Positions 47,501 through 56,093 of a stretch of DNA of 64,000 nucleotides are shown here, piece after piece. Source of the DNA: a virus. Its lineage: Duplodnaviria > Caudoviricetes. Within the stretch, counting starts at the first letter, position 1. Each line of letters begins with the position of its first letter. The notes beneath the pieces are model-generated. The model was not told the DNA's origin. It saw nothing but the letters and a program-made list of their open reading frames with translations, and did not search any database. The stretch lies in IMG/VR virus record IMGVR_UViG_3300036802_000003, positions 64,001-128,000 of that record. One strand, written 5' to 3'. The position numbers and the translations under genes were made by a program.

Positions 47501-47775
47501 AGGTGGAGAAGACTTTTCGCAAGGGGGCTTTTTTTAAAGCGAACAGGGCGAGAGAGTTAACATTACTCGACTGGGACACGACAAGGTAGGAAGCCTACCT
47601 TCCCCTTGCTAGGGGTTCAGGATTTGTGTTAAAAACTATAACTCAAGTATATTCTAACCTGAGCCTCTAGCAAGGGGTGGATAGTCCCCCACCTCTTTCC
47701 CTAATAGGATATTCCCCATATTCTATCCCATACCTTTGTTGGTGGGAGGAACGTTACCCTCCTACCACTCTTTTT

Positions 47776-47846
47776 GGAGCCTTAGTTTAATGGTAAAACA
47801 GGGTGCTCATAACACTCCATCGTAGGTTCGATACCTACAGGCTCCA
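47776..47846 (+). tRNA. tRNA-Met(CAT) (Met versus Ile2 not resolved)
   Basis: Acceptor GGAGCCT/AGGCTCC, D-arm GTTT-AATGGT-AAAC, loop CTCATAA, T-arm GTAGG-TTCGATA-CCTAC. Confidence 0.9.
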
Positions 47847-48064
47847 TCAGTAAGTTGGAAATGTGACAGTGGTAGATGCAGTAGTGTCATGGGGTCACAT
47901 AGTACGCATGAAGGGGTTTAGGGCGTACATACTAAACGAGCACATGTTCGTTGTCTTTTTAACAATACTGTTTGTTTTCGTGAGTATTGTTCTACTGAAC
48001 GTATGTGTAGTGTGGAAAGCTTACATACACCCGATAGTGGGTGTGGAAAGCCCACTATCATCTT

Positions 48065-48136
48065 TACCCCATAGCTCAAAGGTAAGAGCAACTAGTCAAG
48101 GCTAGGAAGGTGCAAGTTCGAAACTTGTTGGGGTAG
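48065..48136 (+). tRNA. tRNA-like gene with aberrant anticodon loop
   Basis: Acceptor TACCCCA/TGGGGTA, D-arm GCTC/GAGC, T-arm CAAG-TTCGAAA-CTTG; CTAG-TCAAGG-CTAG anticodon arm lacks a 7-nt loop. Confidence 0.65.
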
Positions 48137-48300
48137 TAAGGTATAAGTGTATAGATCTGCCATGGTATACTTACCCTCTGGAGCGTTATACTATACGAGT
48201 GTGCAGGGGTGACCACACTTCCCTACGTCAGGGCTAACAGGCGTACCCTTATCTCTGGTCAGTAGATTAACAGAACTGACCTTCACCCCATCTTAATATG

Positions 48301-48393
48301 GCTGTGATGTGTGCTTGGGAGCACTACTATAACATCTCGAAACTCCACGGGTTGTAAATATGGAGTCTGTAGGTTCGAATCCTACTCACAGCG
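48301..48393 (+). tRNA. atypical tRNA-like element (TTGTAAA loop, Tyr-like)
   Basis: Acceptor GCTGTGA/TCACAGC, T-arm GTAGG-TTCGAAT-CCTAC; D and anticodon arms non-canonical. Confidence 0.5.
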
Positions 48394-48473
48394 TTGTGCG
48401 GGAGCACATCTCTATTGTTTGTGGGAGGACAATAGGTGATTATCTCTATAGTAGTGAACTGAGGACACTACTA

Positions 48474-48568
48474 TAGAGAGGTGGGCATTGCGAGTGCCTA
48501 CCAATCATGAGAGGGCAGGTGCTATATAGCGACGGCTTATGGGGGGTTCAAGTCCCTCATCTCTCTAC
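48474..48568 (+). ncRNA. tRNA-like element (acceptor and T-arm only)
   Basis: TAGAGAG/CTCTCTA with GGGG-TTCAAGT-CCCT. Confidence 0.4.
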
Positions 48569-48750
48569 TATTATGAAGGTGACTATGAATTGGTCATGGT
48601 AATTTGTGGGGGCATCCCCCTACCACCTTCTCCTATCATGGGCATTAGCCCACCGTCTACTATCCCATTAAACGGTTTGAAACGGTCTGCCAACCATAGA
48701 ATCTATTGTAGATTCAACAACTACTTGTAGGGGTCACTCCCTACATCCCT

Positions 48751-48822
48751 GGGGGTATAGTTTAACAGGTAAAACAGTGGTCTCCAAAACCACCGTCCTA
48801 GGTTCGAATCCTAGTACCCTCG
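48751..48822 (+). tRNA. tRNA-Trp(CCA)
   Basis: Acceptor GGGGGTA/TACCCTC, anticodon arm GTGGT-CTCCAAA-ACCAC, T-arm CTAGG-TTCGAAT-CCTAG. Confidence 0.92.
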
Positions 48823-48829
48823 TTACCTA

Positions 48830-49375
48830 CATTAACAGTAAGAGACAGTAGACTGTCAGGGTTACAAACTAGACTAAGTGGCTTGTAGGTCAATGCCTAA
48901 GTCTTGTACCTGATTGGTGTAGCAGCAGCCACGATGACCACTAGACCATAGCTGTTTTTGTAGGATTCACAGCATGTAAGAGTGTTGTATACTAACTATA
49001 CTAAGTGTGGTTAGAAAGTCAAATTTTTAGCTTACTGGTGACGGAAAACACCAACAAGCACCCCACTAAAGGTAGGAAAGGTACCCTACACGCTAGTGCC
49101 TTTAGCATTAGTTACCAGAGATGCAGGATACACCGCCCTGCTTAGTGGAAGTCACTTTGCCAGTATGTACTGGCACTATCACATATCACAAAGATATGTT
49201 TGTAAATTTTATTAGCTCAATTAATCTTGAGTGCTAACACTAGGTAGAGCAGACTACCGAATATAAAAAGCATTCCACACTATCAAGCCAGATTGATAGA
49301 CGCACATAGGGGGCGTACCTGTGGTCTTAAACGGGGGTAAAGGCAGACTGGTGAGTCCGATACCTCTGGGTTCCC
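48830..49375 (+). ncRNA. candidate large ornate ncRNA (GOLLD/ROOL-type context)
   Basis: About 550 nt with no tracked ORF after tRNA-Trp; a dozen consecutive or nested helices. Confidence 0.55.
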
Positions 49376-49382
49376 TATTACT

Positions 49383-49594
49383 ACATAATATTTTCCCCAA
49401 GGCTCTGCTAGATGACGGTTTCGATGTCCGTTACAAGTACAGGGAGTAGCTACCCTAGGAACGTATAAAATGGCAGCCTTCTAGTATCCCCCAGATTAGG
49501 GTTCGATTCCCTGTTACTACTTAACTAGTACTGGTCTAGCTAACCGTGGAACGTGTAGTAATATCTTGGAGAAGTCTTGGGGAAGGTATTATGT
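49383..49594 (+). ncRNA. candidate ~210-nt structured RNA with long closing helix and T-loops
   Basis: ACATAATATTTTCCCCAAGGCT pairs with AGTCTTGGGGAAGGTATTATGT. Confidence 0.55.
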
Positions 49595-49788
49595 GTCTTC
49601 CCACATAGTAGCTTCACTGTACTGAAACTGGGACTACATCCCCAGATTTGTGTCCAGATGACTCAACTTTTGATACAATCTTGTCAACTGCGGTAGGGCT
49701 TGAACAACCCCTACCCCTCTTTATGTCTACAACATCACAGAATACTCACACCTTAGATACTGATTTCGATTTTAAATCACAGGGGGTA

Positions 49789-51849
49789 ATGTATTTGAAA
49801 CCACAAGTAGTTATTTACGGACTAGATTCCAGACCAGTTAACACAGAGTTTGTTAAGAAGATTGCTGATATTGGTGGAGCTTTTGAGTTAGTTTTTGCTC
49901 CAGACTACCTAGTAGGGAAAGAACTAGTTGACTGGATTAAGGAAAATGTACCAGCAGTAAAAGAATTTATCTTCTCTATTGATGCTATTGCATATGGTGA
50001 TTTAGTAAGCTCTAGGTACTACTATGATATCCAAGATGCTAATAACAGACTCCATAACACTTTTGAGCCATTACGTGAAGCTTTTCCAAATATTCCTGTA
50101 ACAGCCTTTAACAGCATACTACAGTTAGCACCAAACCCTACGTCAGAAGCAGGGCGTAAAGATGTTAATCTAATACGTGAGTGGCACATTAATAATGACC
50201 TAATAAACAATGACTTAATAGGTCAAGAAAGAAATGATGCTATTAACCGTAACATTCAAATAGAAAATGAAGTAAACCCAGACAAGTTCTGGAATTGGCA
50301 GAAAACAATAGACCGTAACTTAGAAATCAATAGAAAAATGCTAAGTTGGACGGATTTAGGATACATCAAAAAACTTGTATTCTTTGTAGATACCTCTAAT
50401 AAGTATGGACATACAAGCCTGAATAGAAAGTATCTAGAGAAGAAAGTTGCTTCTTTACCATCTACTCTAGGTGGAAAAGTCCATTTCGTAGCAGGTGAAT
50501 ATGGAACATCTACTCTACTAGTAGGGGGATTACAACAGAAATACTCTGGTATAGATTTGTCAATCAATATCTCTTATACAGACCCAGACCTAGAAAAGGA
50601 ATGGATTGATATAAATGAGTCTCTTACTTTAAACGAAAGTATAGTAAACCATGCTGGTGCTATTGGCATTAGAACTAACTTTACTACTGATCCTAATGCA
50701 ATCATTTATGCTCACACTCCTTATTCTAAGGATGATGAATTAATTCGTCTTATACAGGAGAACGTGAGTAAAGCTATAGTAGTTGTTCCTAGTCAGTCTA
50801 CAGGATTTATCTCTAGACTACAAAAGGAAGTAGACATTAGTAAGCTACTTGCTTTCTGTGGAACTGGTAACCCTGGCTCGCAGATTGGTATTGCTATGGG
50901 GCATGCAATTTCTAGATTGATTGCCTTGAAGACAGCCGTGTCTAATGGTAACGGTGGGTTAGCAACGACAACTCACGTTGATATATTACTCAAGCAGTTC
51001 TCTAATGTAATCTATATGAAGAAGTTATTTGGGCATATCAATGACTTTGCTCGCTCAAAAGGTGTTGAGATATTCCAGCTAAGTTCTATTGAGGAAGAAT
51101 TATACGCTTACATAGATAAGCTCATGAGACCACGGGTTGTAAGCCTTTATGCCTCTAAGTTCCATCATAAGAAGATTGCAGTAGATGACGTGGTTAAGTA
51201 TAACGTGCTGGATAGTAAGTTTACTGGTATCAGAATTCCTCTAAATCACATTACAGAGGTGGATATGGAATCTAACTTAGATGTTAGAGTTAATGTACCT
51301 TTCTCTAAGGACTTTACGGATGTCCCTTCTAGTCACTGGGCTTATAACTTTGTTATGACACTTCGTAAGTTAAAGGTATTCCCTACTGGAGACTATTTCT
51401 ATCCAGACGCTCCAATGCTACGACATCAATTAGTGTCAACTATATTCTCTTTATTTAAATTTGACACTAACATAACATCTATACCTAATCCTATGTTTAA
51501 GGATGTTCCTAACACTCATCCTCTGTATAAGGAGATTGTTATAATCAATCATTTAGGTATAATGAAAGGTGCAGGAAATGGCACATTTGTACCAGACGGA
51601 GAACTAACTAGAGCGGATGTTGCAGTTGTATTATCAAACCTATTCTCTCTAAAAACAACTCTGAAACATGATAATGTACCAAACTATTTCAGTGACTCTG
51701 GAGTAGTTAGTTCAGCACAAGAGTCTATAAACTTTATAGCTCATGTAGGAATTGCTTCTGTACCTGACAATAAGCTATTTAATCCAACTGGAACAGCAAC
51801 TAAAGCTATGGTTGCTACCTTCCTTGGAAGATCACTAGAAGTACTATAA
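49789..51849 (+). CDS. DUF4127-like domain plus three SLH repeats
   Basis: LDSRPVN, SIDAIAYGDLVSSR; FTDVPSSHWA, FKDVP..GIMKG..GTFVPDGELTRA, FSD..FNPTGTATKA. Confidence 0.85.
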   Translation: MYLKPQVVIYGLDSRPVNTEFVKKIADIGGAFELVFAPDYLVGKELVDWIKENVPAVKEFIFSIDAIAYGDLVSSRYYYDIQDANNRLHNTFEPLREAFPNIPVTAFNSILQLAPNPTSEAGRKDVNLIREWHINNDLINNDLIGQERNDAINRNIQIENEVNPDKFWNWQKTIDRNLEINRKMLSWTDLGYIKKLVFFVDTSNKYGHTSLNRKYLEKKVASLPSTLGGKVHFVAGEYGTSTLLVGGLQQKYSGIDLSINISYTDPDLEKEWIDINESLTLNESIVNHAGAIGIRTNFTTDPNAIIYAHTPYSKDDELIRLIQENVSKAIVVVPSQSTGFISRLQKEVDISKLLAFCGTGNPGSQIGIAMGHAISRLIALKTAVSNGNGGLATTTHVDILLKQFSNVIYMKKLFGHINDFARSKGVEIFQLSSIEEELYAYIDKLMRPRVVSLYASKFHHKKIAVDDVVKYNVLDSKFTGIRIPLNHITEVDMESNLDVRVNVPFSKDFTDVPSSHWAYNFVMTLRKLKVFPTGDYFYPDAPMLRHQLVSTIFSLFKFDTNITSIPNPMFKDVPNTHPLYKEIVIINHLGIMKGAGNGTFVPDGELTRADVAVVLSNLFSLKTTLKHDNVPNYFSDSGVVSSAQESINFIAHVGIASVPDNKLFNPTGTATKAMVATFLGRSLEVL

Positions 51850-51856
51850 AAGAGTT

Positions 51857-51890
51857 AAAAACCCTAAGATACTAAATCTTAGGGTTTTTT
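51857..51890 (+). terminator. rho-independent terminator
   Basis: AAAACCCTAAGAT/ATCTTAGGGTTTT. Confidence 0.85.
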
Positions 51891-51950
51891 CTATTATAAG
51901 GGGAAAACTCACATCCACTCGACTTTCTTTTATTAAAGGAGTGGTGATAG

Positions 51951-52859
51951 ATGAAGCACTGGGAACATACAGAAGTGGTAGACATGCCTGCGTACAAGGA
52001 GTTCTTGCAGTTTGGTACTCCTATTATACCTAGCACTCAATTACCCTTCAATACAGCAGTTTACGTAGTTTGTGAAGGTGGCTCTAAGCAGTTAGAAGGT
52101 ATCTATGACAAGACTGTCAATGGTATCAGACCTCTTAAAGACACTAAAGCTCCAAACCGTGACCTAAGACTGTATAAAGATGCAATCCAATCAGAGAATA
52201 TCACAGTACTAGCAGTGGATGGATTAATGGGAACAGGTAAGACATCTACCATTGTTGAAGCATTAATTAAGAAGCATCTAAGTAATGTTCATTTACCAGA
52301 CCACATATTTGATAGTGGTAACTGGAAACCAGACCCAGATGTACACAAGATACTCATCTCTAAGCCTGCTGTAAACGCTGGTGAAGAGGAATATGGTTTC
52401 TTACCTGGGGATATTAATGAGAAGATGATTCCTACTCTTCGTAACTACACCCAATATTTTGATAGAAACCATCAAGCAGGTTTCCATAGTCTTAACAGAG
52501 CACAGTATGTAGAGGTACTACCTTTAGGATTCGTTCGTGGTATGGATGCAATGAATACTGACTTAGTAGTCGATGAATGTCAGAATACTAAAGAGTTAGT
52601 AACAATCGTATCTAGAAGGGCAGAGAATTCTAGAATATTTTTAATAGGGGATACTTCTCCATTCCAAATAGACCTTAAAGGGAATACCCCAACTAAGAAT
52701 GGTCTCAATGACATCATTGACCTCTTACAGGGAGCAGAATACTTCCAGTATATTGAAATGAAATCCCTAGAAAACATCGTCAGAAGTTACGAGGTAAGGG
52801 ATTTAGTGAGAAGACTGTTTAAGAAGCATGGTGCTAACCCTCAAGAGTGGCGTTCTTAG
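51951..52859 (+). CDS. phoH: PhoH family ATPase
   Basis: GLMGTGKT, GFLPGDINEK, PLGFVRG, VVDECQN, IGD..QID, VRS. Confidence 0.92.
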   Translation: MKHWEHTEVVDMPAYKEFLQFGTPIIPSTQLPFNTAVYVVCEGGSKQLEGIYDKTVNGIRPLKDTKAPNRDLRLYKDAIQSENITVLAVDGLMGTGKTSTIVEALIKKHLSNVHLPDHIFDSGNWKPDPDVHKILISKPAVNAGEEEYGFLPGDINEKMIPTLRNYTQYFDRNHQAGFHSLNRAQYVEVLPLGFVRGMDAMNTDLVVDECQNTKELVTIVSRRAENSRIFLIGDTSPFQIDLKGNTPTKNGLNDIIDLLQGAEYFQYIEMKSLENIVRSYEVRDLVRRLFKKHGANPQEWRS

Positions 52860-52927
52860 GTATTTCCAAGGTACACAAGGTGGAGTATTTGTTGCTCCAC
52901 CTTATATTAATGTAAGGGGGACTACAC

Positions 52928-53110
52928 ATGGCTATGACAAAGGTTCAGCTAATTACAGGTATTATCTATACTGAAGAGCCTGCTGCTAAACTACGCTCAT
53001 TCCTACAGGGTGGGGTTAAAACAGGAACATTCGTAGGGTATACTGATGAGAATAAGACTGATAAGGTTATCGTAGCGGTTCATGCAATGGAATATATTTT
53101 TGTTAAGTAA
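52928..53110 (+). CDS. small hypothetical protein
   Basis: RBS; terminator follows. Confidence 0.7.
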   Translation: MAMTKVQLITGIIYTEEPAAKLRSFLQGGVKTGTFVGYTDENKTDKVIVAVHAMEYIFVK

Positions 53111-53203
53111 GGGTCTCTAAAAAGAGACCTTTTCTTATGCAGGAGAGAGGTTTTGAGAATCTCTTTCTTTTAAGGTAAAAATCAAAGGAATGGAGAGATT
53201 CAC

Positions 53204-53782
53204 ATGACTTGTGAACGTGTAGCACCAAAGACTATTAGCTTAGTACCAAAATCCTATAATAATCCTAGAACACTAAGAGGGACTTGGATTTACTCTCACC
53301 CTATTAAGCCAATGCCTTCCCACCCATTTGTACACAGACTTAGAGAAATGATAGCCTTAGGCAGACAGATGGGAGGATATCAGCAATTAAGATTTGATGC
53401 AATCACTAAATATCCTACTTTAACTAATAAGGTCAATTTAACCATAGAACAAGTGGTGGAGGATATGATATTCATGAGGAAAATGAATTACATGGAGGGT
53501 TCTCTAACTCTAAGTGCCAGTGAGGACAATTTCTTAGCAGCAGCTAAGGAAGTAATAGATGCCCACTTTGCAAGCCAACACTACAAGTATATCAGGAGTG
53601 GAACGGTAGCTAATTTAAAGATTCTTACCACTAGTCCAGCTATATACTGTATGACTTATGAGTTAAATAAACTATTAAATAAGGTAGTGCTCGGTGAAGG
53701 AAAATTGAGTGCGAGTGATGTATATAAAGTGTTAGGAATCATGGACAAGAATTTTGAACGGTTACAGGGGGAATTGGAATGA
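53204..53782 (+). CDS. hypothetical protein
   Basis: GGAG RBS. Confidence 0.75.
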   Translation: MTCERVAPKTISLVPKSYNNPRTLRGTWIYSHPIKPMPSHPFVHRLREMIALGRQMGGYQQLRFDAITKYPTLTNKVNLTIEQVVEDMIFMRKMNYMEGSLTLSASEDNFLAAAKEVIDAHFASQHYKYIRSGTVANLKILTTSPAIYCMTYELNKLLNKVVLGEGKLSASDVYKVLGIMDKNFERLQGELE

Positions 53783-53979
53783 TTACACTTTTAGTGTTAT
53801 GTATAGGATTATTTTTAGGTGCAGGTGCAATTTTGGTGTTAACAGGTATACAAATAAAGGGAGACAGTGAGTACATTGTTAACTTTACAATCGTGTGTAT
53901 TCTCTTCATAGTGTTCTGGTTGTCCCTTGGGGGTATAATTCAGAGCATAGTATATTTAATCACAGGGAGGTTTATATAA
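53779..53979 (+). CDS. membrane protein, 2 TM
   Basis: Two hydrophobic segments. Confidence 0.7.
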   Translation: MITLLVLCIGLFLGAGAILVLTGIQIKGDSEYIVNFTIVCILFIVFWLSLGGIIQSIVYLITGRFI

Positions 53980-54194
53980 TGGCTTTTACGATTTTAAAAT
54001 GGAATTCTAAGTACGGTGGAGACGCTAAGTTTGTGGTGAGAGATGATGATACAGGTAAGCAGAGCTTATTTACTCCAGGTAGGGCACAGGACGTAATATT
54101 CACTAATACTGATATCTCTAATTCCCCAGAGATTAGTAAGTGGGAAGATTTTGGCAACGAAACAGTAGACAATCTTGAGGACGTAGCATTCTAA
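53979..54194 (+). CDS. hypothetical protein
   Basis: GGGAGG RBS, TAATG coupling. Confidence 0.7.
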   Translation: MAFTILKWNSKYGGDAKFVVRDDDTGKQSLFTPGRAQDVIFTNTDISNSPEISKWEDFGNETVDNLEDVAF

Positions 54195-54715
54195 TGAAGA
54201 ATAGCTATGAGGTGAGAGGGGATGTAACTGCTATCTTTCTTAAGAAGAAGGATGGCACGGTTTTAGAGACTCTGATTGATACCTCTGATTTAGAATTTGT
54301 AGGTTCTATACGTGGAACATGGTATGCTAACTGGGATAAAACCATACAAGGATATTATGTGAAAGCAGGAATCTCTAGAGATGGTACAGTGAAGAAGATA
54401 CCCTTACACAGATTTATAATGGGTGAACCAAAAGGACTTACCATAGACCATAGGAACCATGATACTCTTAATAACACTAAAAATAACCTAAGACCACTCA
54501 CTTCCAAACAGAATCAACAAAATAGGAAGAGGGTTAGTAATAGGAACACTAGTGGAGAGCGTGGGGTTTCTTGGCACAAAAGAGACCAGAAATGGATAGG
54601 TCAGGTAGTAGTTGATGGAGTTAGGCATTGGATAGGTGGCTTCGAGGATAAGCAAGAGTGTATAGAAGCTGTCAGAAAGGCAAGAAAAGAGCTACTACCA
54701 TATTCCACAAACTAG
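54194..54715 (+). CDS. HNH-AP2 homing endonuclease
   Basis: LHRFIM..IDHRNHDTLNNTKNNLR..NQQN; NTSGERGVSWHKRDQKW AP2 domain. Confidence 0.92.
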   Translation: MKNSYEVRGDVTAIFLKKKDGTVLETLIDTSDLEFVGSIRGTWYANWDKTIQGYYVKAGISRDGTVKKIPLHRFIMGEPKGLTIDHRNHDTLNNTKNNLRPLTSKQNQQNRKRVSNRNTSGERGVSWHKRDQKWIGQVVVDGVRHWIGGFEDKQECIEAVRKARKELLPYSTN

Positions 54716-54779
54716 GTATAAGCAGAGCATAGACGCTCTGCTTATTTTTATTTAAAGAGAAGTCTGGAGGTGGGTTAAA

Positions 54780-56093
54780 TTGGAACTAATAATAGACGTA
54801 TCCAAGGCAAGAGTACTTAACACAGGTAAGCTAGTCAAACGTGCGGTACAGGTAAAAGGACAGGGTGGTAGAACATTCACTCGTATGCAATGGATAAATC
54901 CTGATAAAGGTAAACCAGTAATGGAGACATCACATGAAGGACATGAAGACCCTCATGCACATAGAGTAGCTAGTATGAGTCCTGAACAGAAGCATTCTAT
55001 GGTTAATCACTTTGTATCTAATAATAGGGATGAAGCGAATGACCTAGCAATGACTACAGGACAGAAGAGAGCACCTTATGTAGCAGACCATCAGGTTGCC
55101 CAGCACTTAATGGATCATGCACACAAGATACCCCATGAATACGTGAAAGACCACTTAGACAGTAAAGAGTCAAAGCCTAGTCTAAATGTAGTGGGAAGTG
55201 ACCTTCCAGAGAAGGAAGTTAACAAGCGTATGGGTAAGGAAGGTAGCTTAGACTTGTCCAAACTCAATACAGGGGCTTCAATGTATGATGATGACATCTT
55301 TAAAGAAGATACAGAGTATGCCCAAGATGAAGGTCTTAACCCAGAGAAGGAATTTAGGCATGTATTCAAAGACGTTACTAAAGCTGGTATTGAGAATGTA
55401 TTTTCTGACCCTAAGGGTAACTGGACTGCACAGGTATCAGGTTATGACCTATTCCAGGATGGGGATAACGTGAACTGTGGCTTAAACATGACCCTATACG
55501 ACAAGGATGGGGAGAAGATGGGACACATCATACGTTCAGCTTACCATGATGCAGATGGTACTCTACAGATACACAATGATGAGATGGAGTTAAAGACACA
55601 GTATCATGGTAAAGGGGTAGCACAAACTATATACGACAGGTCTGAGCAATTATGGAGACACCTATCAGGTGGACATAAAGTAGAGATAAATCTGACAGCC
55701 AATATTAGTGTTGGTGCCTATGCGTGGTCTAAGAAAGGCTTTGATTTTGCTAATGACAAGGAGTTAAAGATGGCTAGGGAAGAACTGAAACACTTCTGTA
55801 GAGGTAACGATATTAGTCTAGCGGATGTGCTCAAAAAGAGTGGATACAAGGGTATAGATGACCTCAACCACTCATGGCAGTTCTCTACACTACAGAATGG
55901 TAAATCTTATGAACTTGACAAAGTTATAGACCCTAAATATAAAAAGGATGTTGAGGGTAGAGAAGGTCATTTTGGTAAGGCTTTCATGCTAGGCGGATTG
56001 GGTATATGGGACGGTAAAAAGACACTAAACGATGACCATTCTTCAGAAAAAGTAGGTGAAATACATGGCAGAGCAACTAAAAAGAACAGCTAG
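54780..56093 (+). CDS. shared-module protein with C-terminal GNAT-like domain
   Basis: LIIDVSKA..LNTGKL..RMQW; QYHGKGVA; ANISVGAYAW; paralog of 29519-31375. Confidence 0.85.
   Translation: MELIIDVSKARVLNTGKLVKRAVQVKGQGGRTFTRMQWINPDKGKPVMETSHEGHEDPHAHRVASMSPEQKHSMVNHFVSNNRDEANDLAMTTGQKRAPYVADHQVAQHLMDHAHKIPHEYVKDHLDSKESKPSLNVVGSDLPEKEVNKRMGKEGSLDLSKLNTGASMYDDDIFKEDTEYAQDEGLNPEKEFRHVFKDVTKAGIENVFSDPKGNWTAQVSGYDLFQDGDNVNCGLNMTLYDKDGEKMGHIIRSAYHDADGTLQIHNDEMELKTQYHGKGVAQTIYDRSEQLWRHLSGGHKVEINLTANISVGAYAWSKKGFDFANDKELKMAREELKHFCRGNDISLADVLKKSGYKGIDDLNHSWQFSTLQNGKSYELDKVIDPKYKKDVEGREGHFGKAFMLGGLGIWDGKKTLNDDHSSEKVGEIHGRATKKNS

Noticed and set aside
47863-48730. ORFs 47863-48105 and 48539-48730
   Set aside because: They overlap tRNA-like and hairpin elements, lack a good RBS and have atypical composition.
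25608-53172. Recurrent TCTTTTA before genes (about 25639, 33921, 40044, 53167) as a middle promoter
   Set aside because: Each follows a purine/pyrimidine inverted repeat, so terminator U-tracts explain them better.
39511-54715. The two HNH genes as intron-encoded or part of a defence system
   Set aside because: Both are free-standing and coupled to neighbours, with no split host gene visible; common in such phages.
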